This document shows positions 1 to 11,700 of a DNA stretch of 64,000 bases, piece after piece. The position numbers and the translations under genes are program-made. Source of the stretch: the human T2T-CHM13v2.0 reference genome, Homo sapiens. How positions within the stretch are numbered: position 1 is the first letter of the stretch; every line of letters starts with the position of its first letter. Below the pieces are notes generated by a model. It did not search any database, was not told the origin of the DNA, and was given only the letters and a program-made list of their open reading frames with translations. The stretch is from NCBI RefSeq assembly GCF_009914755.1, contig NC_060946.1; one strand, 5' to 3'.

Positions 1-13
1 TATATGAAGATAT

Positions 14-30
14 TCCCGTTTCCAACGAAA
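14..30 (-). promoter_or_regulatory. CENP-B box 1 of 4 per HOR (recurs in every HOR copy)
   Basis: Plus-strand TCCCGTTTCCAACGAAA reads TTTCGTTGGAAACGGGA on the minus strand, matching YTTCGTTGGAARCGGGA. Confidence 0.97.
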
Positions 31-355
31 TCCTGAAATCTATCCAAATATCCCCTCGCAGATTCTACAAAAAGAGTGTTTCAAAACTGTTCTGTAAAAA
101 GAAAGGTTCAACTCTGTTAGTTGAGTACACACATCACAAACAAGTATCACAGAATGCTTCTTTCTAGCTTGTAGGGGAAGATATTCCCTTTATCACCATG
201 GGCCTCAAACCGTCCGAAACGTCCACTTCCATATACTTCAAAAAGAGCGTTTCAAACCTGCTCTATGAAAGGCAATGTTCAACTCTGTGACTTGAATGCA
301 GACATCACAGAGCTGTTTATGAGAATGCTTCTGTCTAGATTTTATAGGATGATAT

Positions 356-372
356 TCCCGTTTCCAACGAAA
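356..372 (-). promoter_or_regulatory. CENP-B box 2 of 4 per HOR
   Basis: TCCCGTTTCCAACGAAA, 342 bp after box 1. Confidence 0.97.
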
Positions 373-526
373 TCTTCACAGCTATCCAAATATCCACTTG
401 CAGATTCTACAAAAAGAGTGTATCCAAACTGCTCTGGCAAAAGGAAGGTTCTTCTCTGTTAGGTGAGTGCATACGTCATAAAGGAGTTTCTGAGAATGTT
501 TCTGTCTAGTGGTTATGGGAAGATAT

Positions 527-543
527 TTGCTTTTTCACCGTAG
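527..543 (+). promoter_or_regulatory. pJalpha/A-box-like motif in a CENP-B-box-negative monomer
   Basis: TTGCTTTTTCACCGTAG at the box-equivalent position, one mismatch from TTCCTTTTYCACCRTAG (consensus recalled). Confidence 0.7.
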
Positions 544-697
544 GCCTCAGAGCGCTCCAAATATCCACTTGCACATACTACAAAAAGAGTGCCTCAAAGC
601 TGCTCTCTGAAATGGAATGTTCAACTCTATGAGTTGAATGCAAACATCACAAAGACGTTTCTGAGAATGCTTCTGTCTAGATTTGATATGAAGATAT

Positions 698-714
698 TCC
701 CGTTTCCAACGAAA
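698..714 (-). promoter_or_regulatory. CENP-B box 3 of 4 per HOR
   Basis: TCCCGTTTCCAACGAAA, 342 bp after box 2. Confidence 0.97.
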
Positions 715-867
715 TCTTCAAATCTATCCAAATGTCCACTTCTATAATCAACAAAAAGTGTTTTTCAGAACTGCTCTATCAAAAGAAAGATCCACCTCTG
801 TTAGCTGAGTTCACACATCCAAACAAGTTTATGAGAATGCTTCTGTCTAGTTTTTATTTGAAGATAT

Positions 868-884
868 TTCCTTTCTCACCATAG
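868..884 (+). promoter_or_regulatory. pJalpha/A-box-like motif
   Basis: TTCCTTTCTCACCATAG at the box-equivalent position. Confidence 0.7.
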
Positions 885-1034
885 ACCTGAAAGCTGTCCT
901 AATGTTCACTTCCAGATACTACAGAAAGAGTGTTTAAAAACTGCTGTACGAAAGGGAATGTTCAACTCTGTGACTTGAATGCACACATCACAAAGAAGTT
1001 TCTGAGGATGCTGCTGTCTACTTTTTATACGTAA

Positions 1035-1051
1035 TCCCGTTTCCAACGAAA
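1035..1051 (-). promoter_or_regulatory. CENP-B box 4 of 4 per HOR
   Basis: TCCCGTTTCCAACGAAA, 337 bp after box 3 (338 in 1364-bp units), with a 4-bp-shorter flank (CTTTTTATACGTAA). Confidence 0.97.
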
Positions 1052-1205
1052 TCCTCCAAGCTATCCAAATATCCACTTGCAGATTCCACAGAAAGACTGT
1101 TTCAAAACTGCTCTGTCAATAGAAAGGTTCAACTCTGTTAGCTGCGTGCATATATCCCAAAGAAGATTCTGAGATTGCTTCTGTCTAGTTTTTATGGGAA
1201 GATAT

Positions 1206-1222
1206 TTCCCTTTTCACCGTAG
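1206..1222 (+). promoter_or_regulatory. pJalpha/A-box-like motif
   Basis: TTCCCTTTTCACCGTAG at the box-equivalent position. The fourth such monomer (185-201, TCCCTTTATCACCATGG) is more degenerate. Confidence 0.7.
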
Positions 1223-1363
1223 GTGTCAAGGCGCTCCAAATGTCCACTTCCAGATACTACAAAAAGAGTGTTTCAAACCTACTCTGTGAAAAGGAATATT
1301 CAACTCTGTGACTTTAATGCACATATCACAAAGAAGTTTCTGAGAATGCTTCTGTCGAGATTT

Positions 1364-2727
1364 TATATGAAGATATTCCCGTTTCCAACGAAATCCTGAA
1401 ATCTATCCAAATATCCCCTCGCAGATTCTACAAAAAGAGTGTTTCAAAACTGCTCTGTAAAAAGAAAGGTTCAACTCTGTTAGTTGAGTACACACATCAC
1501 AAACAAGTTTCACAGAATGCTTCTTTCTAGCTTGTAGGGGAAGATATTCCCTTTATCACCATGGGCCTCCAACCGTCCGAAACGTCCACTTCCATATACT
1601 ACAAAAAGAGCGTTTCAAACCTGCTCTAGGAAAGGCAATGTTCAACTCTGTGACTTGAATGCAGACATCACAGAGCAGTTTCTGAGAATGCTTCTGTCTA
1701 GATTTTATAGGAAGATATTCCCGTTTCCAACGAAATCTTCACAGCTATCCAAATATCCACTTGCAGATTCTACAAAAAGAGTGTATCAAAACTGCTCTGT
1801 CAAAAGGAAGGTTCTTCTCTGTTAGGTGAGTGCATACGTCATAAAGGAGTTTCTGAGAATGTTTCTGTCTAGTGGTTATGGGAAGATATTTGCTTTTTCA
1901 CCGTAGGCCTCAGAGCGCTCCAAATATCCACTTGCACATACTACAAAAAGAGTGCCTCAGAGCTGCTCTCTGAAACGGAATGTTCAACTCTATGAGTTGA
2001 ATGCAAACATCACAAAGACGTTTCTGAGAATGCTTCTGTCTAGATTTGATATGAAGATATTCCCGTTTCCAACGAAATCTTCAAATCTATCCAAATGTCC
2101 ACTTGCAGATTCAACAAAAAGTGTTTTTCAGAACTGCTCTATCAAAAGAAAGATCCACCTCTGTTAGCTGAGTTCACACATCACAAACAAGTTTATGAGA
2201 ATGCTTCTGTCTAGTTTTTATTTGAAGATATTTCCTTTCTCACCATAGACCTGAAAGCTGTCCTAATGTTCACTTCCAGATACTACAGAAAGAGTGTTTC
2301 AAAACTGCTGTACGAAAGGGAATGTTCAACTCTGTGACTTGAATGCACACATCACAAAGAAGTTTCTGAGGATGCTGCTGTCTACTTTTTATACGTAATC
2401 CCGTTTCCAACGAAATCCTCCAAGCTATCCAAATATCCACTTGCAGATTCCACAGAAAGACTGTTTCAAAACTGCTCTGTCAATAGAAAGGTTCAACTCT
2501 GTTAGCTGCGTGCATATATCCCGAAGAAGATTCTGAGATTCCTTCTGTCTAGTTTTTATGGGAAGATATTTCCCTTTTCACCGTAGGCGTCAAGGCGCTC
2601 CAAATGTCCACTTCCAGATACTACAAAAAGAGTGTTTCAAACCTACTCTGTGAAAGGGAATATTCAACTCTGTGACTTGAATGCACATATCACAAAGAAG
2701 TTTCTGAGAATGCTTCTGTCGAGATTT
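1364..2727 (-). repeat. Representative 1364-bp 8-mer HOR, SF2 dimeric type, probably D14Z9/D22Z1 (S2C14/22H1L, alphaXT)
   Basis: Seen: CENP-B-box and pJalpha-type monomers alternate strictly. Each HOR has two XbaI sites (334 and 676 in unit 1) and one TaqI site (1355), giving an XbaI-TaqI fragment of 679-680 bp. Recalled: the alphaXT(680) subfamily of chr14/22 is an SF2 8-mer. Chr14 versus chr22 cannot be resolved, and other SF2 arrays with 8-mer units (chr18, chr20) are not excluded without alignment. Confidence 0.75.
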
Positions 2728-5700
2728 TATATGAAGATATTCCCGTTTCCAACGAAATCCTGAAATCTATCCAAATATCCCCTCGCAGATTCTACAAAAA
2801 GAGTGTTTCAAAACTGCTCTGTAAAAAGAAAGGTTCAACTCTGTTAGTTGAGTACACACATCACAAACAAGTATCACAGAATGCTTCTTTCTAGCTTGTA
2901 GGGGAAGATATTCCCTTTATCACCATGGGCCTCAAACCGTCCGAAACGTCCACTTCCATATACTTCAAAAAGAGCGTTTCAAACCTGCTCTATGAAAGGC
3001 AATGTTCAACTCTGTGACTTGAATGCAGACATCACAGAGCTGTTTATGAGAATGCTTCTGTCTAGATTTTATAGGATGATATTCCCGTTTCCAACGAAAT
3101 CTTCACAGCTATCCAAATATCCACTTGCAGATTCTACAAAAAGAGTGTATCCAAACTGCTCTGGCAAAAGGAAGGTTCTTCTCTGTTAAGTGAGTGCATA
3201 CGTCATAAAGGAGTTTCTGAGAATGTTTCTGTCTAGTGGTTATGGGAAGATATTTGCTTTTTCACCGTAGGCCTCAGAGCGCTCCAAATATCCACTTGCA
3301 CATACTACAAAAAGAGTGCCTCAAAGCTGCTCTCTGAAATGGAATGTTCAACTCTATGAGTTGAATGCAAACATCACAAAGACGTTTCTGAGAATGCTTC
3401 TGTCTAGATTTGATATGAAGATATTCCCGTTTCCAACGAAATCTTCAAATCTATCCAAATGTCCACTTCTATAATCAACAAAAAGTGTTTTTCAGAACTG
3501 CTCTATCAAAAGAAAGATCCACCTCTGTTAGCTGAGTTCACACATCCAAACAAGTTTATGAGAATGCTTCTGTCTAGTTTTTATTTGAAGATATTTCCTT
3601 TCTCACCATAGACCTGAAAGCTGTCCTAATGTTCACTTCCAGATACTACAGAAAGAGTGTTTAAAAACTGCTGTACGAAAGGGAATGTTCAACTCTGTGA
3701 CTTGAATGCACACATCACAAAGAAGTTTCTGAGGATGCTGCTGTCTACTTTTTATACGTAATCCCGTTTCCAACGAAATCCTCCAAGCTATCCAAATATC
3801 CACTTGCAGATTCCACAGAAAGACTGTTTCAAAACTGCTCTGTCAATAGAAAGGTTCAACTCTGTTAGCTGCGTGCATATATCCCAAAGAAGATTCTGAG
3901 ATTGCTTCTGTCTAGTTTTTATGGGAAGATATTTCCCTTTTCACCGTAGGTGTCAAGGCGCTCCAAATGTCCACTTCCAGATACTACAAAAAGAGTGTTT
4001 CAAACCTACTCTGTGAAAAGGAATATTCAACTCTGTGACTTTAATGCACATATCACAAAGAAGTTTCTGAGAATGCTTCTGTCGAGATTTTATATGAAGA
4101 TATTCCCGTTTCCAACGAAATCCTGAAATCTATCCAAATATCCCCTCGCAGATTCTACAAAAAGAGTGTTTCAAAACTGCTCTGTAAAAAGAAAGGTTCA
4201 ACTCTGTTAGTTGAGTACACACATCACAAACAAGTTTCACAGAATGCTTCTTTCTAGCTTGTAGGGGAAGATATTCCCTTTATCACCATGGGCCTCCAAC
4301 CGTCCGAAACGTCCACTTCCATATACTACAAAAAGAGCGTTTCAAACCTGCTCTATGAAAGGCAATGTTCAACTCTGTGACTTGAATGCAGACATCACAG
4401 AGCAGTTTCTGAGAATGCTTCTGTCTAGATTTTATAGGAAGATATTCCCGTTTCCAACGAAATCTTCACAGCTATCCAAATATCCACTTGCAGATTCTAC
4501 AAAAAGAGTGTATCAAAACTGCTCTGTCAAAAGGAAGGTTCTTCTCTGTTAGGTGAGTGCATACGTCATAAAGGAGTTTCTGAGAATGTTTCTGTCTAGT
4601 GGTTATGGGAAGATATTTGCTTTTTCACCGTAGGCCTCAGAGCGCTCCAAATATCCACTTGCACATACTACAAAAAGAGTGCCTCAGAGCTGCTCTCTGA
4701 AACGGAATGTTCAACTCTATGAGTTGAATGCAAACATCACAAAGACGTTTCTGAGAATGCTTCTGTCTAGATTTGATATGAAGATATTCCCGTTTCCAAC
4801 GAAATCTTCAAATCTATCCAAATGTCCACTTGCAGATTCAACAAAAAGTGTTTTTCAGAACTGCTCTATCAAAAGAAAGATCCACCTCTGTTAGCTGAGT
4901 TCACACATCACAAACAAGTTTATGAGAATGCTTCTGTCTAGTTTTTATTTGAAGATATTTCCTTTCTCACCATAGACCTGAAAGCTGTCCTAATGTTCAC
5001 TTCCAGATACTACAGAAAGAGTGTTTCAAAACTGCTGTACGAAAGGGAATGTTCAACTCTGTGACTTGAATGCACACATCACAAAGAAGTTTCTGAGGAT
5101 GCTGCTGTCTACTTTTTATACGTAATCCCGTTTCCAACGAAATCCTCCAAGCTATCCAAATATCCACTTGCAGATTCCACAGAAAGACTGTTTCAAAACT
5201 GCTCTGTCAATAGAAAGGTTCAACTCTGTTAGCTGCGTGCATATATCCCGAAGAAGATTCTGAGATTCCTTCTGTCTAGTTTTTATGGGAAGATATTTCC
5301 CTTTTCACCGTAGGCGTCAAGGCGCTCCAAATGTCCACTTCCAGATACTACAAAAAGAGTGTTTCAAACCTACTCTGTGAAAGGGAATATTCAACTCTGT
5401 GACTTGAATGCACATATCACAAAGAAGTTTCTGAGAATGCTTCTGTCGAGATTTTATATGAAGATATTCCCGTTTCCAACGAAATCCTGAAATCTATCCA
5501 AATATCCCCTCGCAGATTCTACAAAAAGAGTGTTTCAAAACTGTTCTGTAAAAAGAAAGGTTCAACTCTGTTAGTTGAGTACACACATCACAAACAAGTA
5601 TCACAGAATGCTTCTTTCTAGCTTGTAGGGGAAGATATTCCCTTTATCACCATGGGCCTCAAACCGTCCGAAACGTCCACTTCCATATACTTCAAAAAGA

Positions 5701-8700
5701 GCGTTTCAAACCTGCTCTATGAAAGGCAATGTTCAACTCTGTGACTTGAATGCAGACATCACAGAGCTGTTTATGAGAATGCTTCTGTCTAGATTTTATA
5801 GGATGATATTCCCGTTTCCAACGAAATCTTCACAGCTATCCAAATATCCACTTGCAGATTCTACAAAAAGAGTGTATCCAAACTGCTCTGGCAAAAGGAA
5901 GGTTCTTCTCTGTTAAGTGAGTGCATACGTCATAAAGGAGTTTCTGAGAATGTTTCTGTCTAGTGGTTATGGGAAGATATTTGCTTTTTCACCGTAGGCC
6001 TCAGAGCGCTCCAAATATCCACTTGCACATACTACAAAAAGAGTGCCTCAAAGCTGCTCTCTGAAATGGAATGTTCAACTCTATGAGTTGAATGCAAACA
6101 TCACAAAGACGTTTCTGAGAATGCTTCTGTCTAGATTTGATATGAAGATATTCCCGTTTCCAACGAAATCTTCAAATCTATCCAAATGTCCACTTCTATA
6201 ATCAACAAAAAGTGTTTTTCAGAACTGCTCTATCAAAAGAAAGATCCACCTCTGTTAGCTGAGTTCACACATCCAAACAAGTTTATGAGAATGCTTCTGT
6301 CTAGTTTTTATTTGAAGATATTTCCTTTCTCACCATAGACCTGAAAGCTGTCCTAATGTTCACTTCCAGATACTACAGAAAGAGTGTTTAAAAACTGCTG
6401 TACGAAAGGGAATGTTCAACTCTGTGACTTGAATGCACACATCACAAAGAAGTTTCTGAGGATGCTGCTGTCTACTTTTTATACGTAATCCCGTTTCCAA
6501 CGAAATCCTCCAAGCTATCCAAATATCCACTTGCAGATTCCACAGAAAGACTGTTTCAAAACTGCTCTGTCAATAGAAAGGTTCAACTCTGTTAGCTGCG
6601 TGCATATATCCCAAAGAAGATTCTGAGATTGCTTCTGTCTAGTTTTTATGGGAAGATATTTCCCTTTTCACCGTAGGTGTCAAGGCGCTCCAAATGTCCA
6701 CTTCCAGATACTACAAAAAGAGTGTTTCAAACCTACTCTGTGAAAAGGAATATTCAACTCTGTGACTTTAATGCACATATCACAAAGAAGTTTCTGATAA
6801 TGCTTCTGTCGAGATTTTATATGAAGATATTCCCGTTTCCAACGAAATCCTGAAATCTATCCAAATATCCCCTCGCAGATTCTACAAAAAGAGTGTTTCA
6901 AAACTGCTCTGTAAAAAGAAAGGTTCAACTCTGTTAGTTGAGTACACACATCACAAACAAGTTTCACAGAATGCTTCTTTCTAGCTTGTAGGGGAAGATA
7001 TTCCCTTTATCACCATGGGCCTCCAACCGTCCGAAACGTCCACTTCCATATACTACAAAAAGAGCGTTTCAAACCTGCTCTATGAAAGGCAATGTTCAAC
7101 TCTGTGACTTGAATGCAGACATCACAGAGCAGTTTCTGAGAATGCTTCTGTCTAGATTTTATAGGAAGATATTCCCGTTTCCAACGAAATCTTCACAGCT
7201 ATCCAAATATCCACTTGCAGATTCTACAAAAAGAGTGTATCAAAACTGCTCTGTCAAAAGGAAGGTTCTTCTCTGTTAGGTGAGTGCATACGTCATAAAG
7301 GAGTTTCTGAGAATGTTTCTGTCTAGTGGTTATGGGAAGATATTTGCTTTTTCACCGTAGGCCTCAGAGCGCTCCAAATATCCACTTGCACATACTACAA
7401 AAAGAGTGCCTCAGAGCTGCTCTCTGAAACGGAATGTTCAACTCTATGAGTTGAATGCAAACATCACAAAGACGTTTCTGAGAATGCTTCTGTCTAGATT
7501 TGATATGAAGATATTCCCGTTTCCAACGAAATCTTCAAATCTATCCAAATGTCCACTTGCAGATTCAACAAAAAGTGTTTTTCAGAACTGCTCTATCAAA
7601 AGAAAGATCCACCTCTGTTAGCTGAGTTCACACATCACAAACAAGTTTATGAGAATGCTTCTGTCTAGTTTTTATTTGAAGATATTTCCTTTCTCACCAT
7701 AGACCTGAAAGCTGTCCTAATGTTCACTTCCAGATACTACAGAAAGAGTGTTTCAAAACTGCTGTACGAAAGGGAATGTTCAACTCTGTGACTTGAATGC
7801 ACACATCACAAAGAAGTTTCTGAGGATGCTGCTGTCTACTTTTTATACGTAATCCCGTTTCCAACGAAATCCTCCAAGCTATCCAAATATCCACTTGCAG
7901 ATTCCACAGAAAGACTGTTTCAAAACTGCTCTGTCAATAGAAAGGTTCAACTCTGTTAGCTGCGTGCATATATCCCGAAGAAGATTCTGAGATTGCTTCT
8001 GTCTAGTTTTTATGGGAAGATATTTCCCTTTTCACCGTAGGCGTCAAGGCGCTCCAAATGTCCACTTCCAGATACTACAAAAAGAGTGTTTCAAACCTAC
8101 TCTGTGAAAGGGAATATTCAACTCTGTGACTTGAATGCACATATCACAAAGAAGTTTCTGAGAATGCTTCTGTCGAGATTTTATATGAAGATATTCCCGT
8201 TTCCAACGAAATCCTGAAATCTATCCAAATATCCCCTCGCAGATTCTACAAAAAGAGTGTTTCAAAACTGTTCTGTAAAAAGAAAGGTTCAACTCTGTTA
8301 GTTGAGTACACACATCACAAACAAGTATCACAGAATGCTTCTTTCTAGCTTGTAGGGGAAGATATTCCCTTTATCACCATGGGCCTCAAACCGTCCGAAA
8401 CGTCCACTTCCATATACTTCAAAAAGAGCGTTTCAAACCTGCTCTATGAAAGGCAATGTTCAACTCTGTGACTTGAATGCAGACATCACAGAGCTGTTTA
8501 TGAGAATGCTTCTGTCTAGATTTTATAGGATGATATTCCCGTTTCCAACGAAATCTTCACAGCTATCCAAATATCCACTTGCAGATTCTACAAAAAGAGT
8601 GTATCCAAACTGCTCTGGCAAAAGGAAGGTTCTTCTCTGTTAAGTGAGTGCATACGTCATAAAGGAGTTTCTGAGAATGTTTCTGTCTAGTGGTTATGGG

Positions 8701-11700
8701 AAGATATTTGCTTTTTCACCGTAGGCCTCAGAGCGCTCCAAATATCCACTTGCACATACTACAAAAAGAGTGCCTCAAAGCTGCTCTCTGAAATGGAATG
8801 TTCAACTCTATGAGTTGAATGCAAACATCACAAAGACGTTTCTGAGAATGCTTCTGTCTAGATTTGATATGAAGATATTCCCGTTTCCAACGAAATCTTC
8901 AAATCTATCCAAATGTCCACTTCTATAATCAACAAAAAGTGTTTTTCAGAACTGCTCTATCAAAAGAAAGATCCACCTCTGTTAGCTGAGTTCACACATC
9001 CAAACAAGTTTATGAGAATGCTTCTGTCTAGTTTTTATTTGAAGATATTTCCTTTCTCACCATAGACCTGAAAGCTGTCCTAATATTCACTTCCAGATAC
9101 TACAGAAAGAGTGTTTCAAAACTGCTGTACGAAAGGGAATGTTCAACTCTGTGACTTGAATGCACACATCACAAAGAAGTTTCTGAGGATGCTGCTGTCT
9201 ACTTTTTATACGTAATCCCGTTTCCAACGAAATCCTCCAAGCTATCCAAATATCCACTTGCAGATTCCACAGAAAGACTGTTTCAAAACTGCTCTGTCAA
9301 TAGAAAGGTTCAACTCTGTTAGCTGCGTGCATATATCCCAAAGAAGATTCTGAGATTGCTTCTGTCTAGTTTTTATGGGAAGATATTTCCCTTTTCACCG
9401 TAGGTGTCAAGGCGCTCCAAATGTCCACTTCCAGATACTACAAAAAGAGTGTTTCAAACCTACTCTGTGAAAAGGAATATTCAACTCTGTGACTTTAATG
9501 CACATATCACAAAGAAGTTTCTGAGAATGCTTCTGTCGAGATTTTATATGAAGATATTCCCGTTTCCAACGAAATCCTGAAATCTATCCAAATATCCCCT
9601 CGCAGATTCTACAAAAAGAGTGTTTCAAAACTGCTCTGTAAAAAGAAAGGTTCAACTCTGTTAGTTGAGTACACACATCACAAACAAGTTTCACAGAATG
9701 CTTCTTTCTAGCTTGTAGGGGAAGATATTCCCTTTATCACCATGGGCCTCCAACCGTCCGAAACGTCCACTTCCATATACTACAAAAAGAGCGTTTCAAA
9801 CCTGCTCTATGAAAGGCAATGTTCAACTCTGTGACTTGAATGCAGACATCACAGAGCAGTTTCTGAGAATGCTTCTGTCTAGATTTTATAGGAAGATATT
9901 CCCGTTTCCAACGAAATCTTCACAGCTATCCAAATATCCACTTGCAGATTCTACAAAAAGAGTGTATCAAAACTGCTCTGTCAAAAGGAAGGTTCTTCTC
10001 TGTTAGGTGAGTGCATACGTCATAAAGGAGTTTCTGAGAATGTTTCTGTCTAGTGGTTATGGGAAGATATTTGCTTTTTCACCGTAGGCCTCAGAGCGCT
10101 CCAAATATCCACTTGCACATACTACAAAAAGAGTGCCTCAGAGCTGCTCTCTGAAACGGAATGTTCAACTCTATGAGTTGAATGCAAACATCACAAAGAC
10201 GTTTCTGAGAATGCTTCTGTCTAGATTTGATATGAAGATATTCCCGTTTCCAACGAAATCTTCAAATCTATCCAAATGTCCACTTGCAGATTCAACAAAA
10301 AGTGTTTTTCAGAACTGCTCTATCAAAAGAAAGATCCACCTCTGTTAGCTGAGTTCACACATCACAAACAAGTTTATGAGAATGCTTCTGTCTAGTTTTT
10401 ATTTGAAGATATTTCCTTTCTCACCATAGACCTGAAAGCTGTCCTAATGTTCACTTCCAGATACTACAGAAAGAGTGTTTCAAAACTGCTGTACGAAAGG
10501 GAATGTTCAACTCTGTGACTTGAATGCACACATCACAAAGAAGTTTCTGAGGATGCTGCTGTCTACTTTTTATACGTAATCCCGTTTCCAACGAAATCCT
10601 CCAAGCTATCCAAATATCCACTTGCAGATTCCACAGAAAGACTGTTTCAAAACTGCTCTGTCAATAGAAAGGTTCAACTCTGTTAGCTGCGTGCATATAT
10701 CCCGAAGAAGATTCTGAGATTCCTTCTGTCTAGTTTTTATGGGAAGATATTTCCCTTTTCACCGTAGGCGTCAAGGCGCTCCAAATGTCCACTTCCAGAT
10801 ACTACAAAAAGAGTGTTTCAAACCTACTCTGTGAAAGGGAATATTCAACTCTGTGACTTGAATGCACATATCACAAAGAAGTTTCTGAGAATGCTTCTGT
10901 CGAGATTTTATATGAAGATATTCCCGTTTCCAACGAAATCCTGAAATCTATCCAAATATCCCCTCGCAGATTCTACAAAAAGAGTGTTTCAAAACTGTTC
11001 TGTAAAAAGAAAGGTTCAACTCTGTTAGTTGAGTACACACATCACAAACAAGTATCACAGAATGCTTCTTTCTAGCTTGTAGGGGAAGATATTCCCTTTA
11101 TCACCATGGGCCTCAAACCGTCCGAAACGTCCACTTCCATATACTTCAAAAAGAGCGTTTCAAACCTGCTCTATGAAAGGCAATGTTCAACTCTGTGACT
11201 TGAATGCAGACATCACAGAGCTGTTTATGAGAATGCTTCTGTCTAGATTTTATAGGATGATATTCCCGTTTCCAACGAAATCTTCACAGCTATCCAAATA
11301 TCCACTTGCAGATTCTACAAAAAGAGTGTATCCAAACTGCTCTGGCAAAAGGAAGGTTCTTCTCTGTTAAGTGAGTGCATACGTCATAAAGGAGTTTCTG
11401 AGAATGTTTCTGTCTAGTGGTTATGGGAAGATATTTGCTTTTTCACCGTAGGCCTCAGAGCGCTCCAAATATCCACTTGCACATACTACAAAAAGAGTGC
11501 CTCAAAGCTGCTCTCTGAAATGGAATGTTCAACTCTATGAGTTGAATGCAAACATCACAAAGACGTTTCTGAGAATGCTTCTGTCTAGATTTGATATGAA
11601 GATATTCCCGTTTCCAACGAAATCTTCAAATCTATCCAAATGTCCACTTCTATAATCAACAAAAAGTGTTTTTCAGAACTGCTCTATCAAAAGAAAGATC

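Noticed and set aside
743-748. TATAAT created in haplotype A, like a bacterial -10 or TATA element
   Set aside because: The context is eukaryotic satellite, it is not a canonical TATAWAW box, and nothing in the sequence indicates transcription.
14-1393. Regularly spaced GATATTCCCGTTTCCAACGAAATC resembling CRISPR direct repeats
   Set aside because: These are CENP-B boxes. The ~320-bp intervals are themselves repeated satellite rather than unique spacers, and there are no cas genes.
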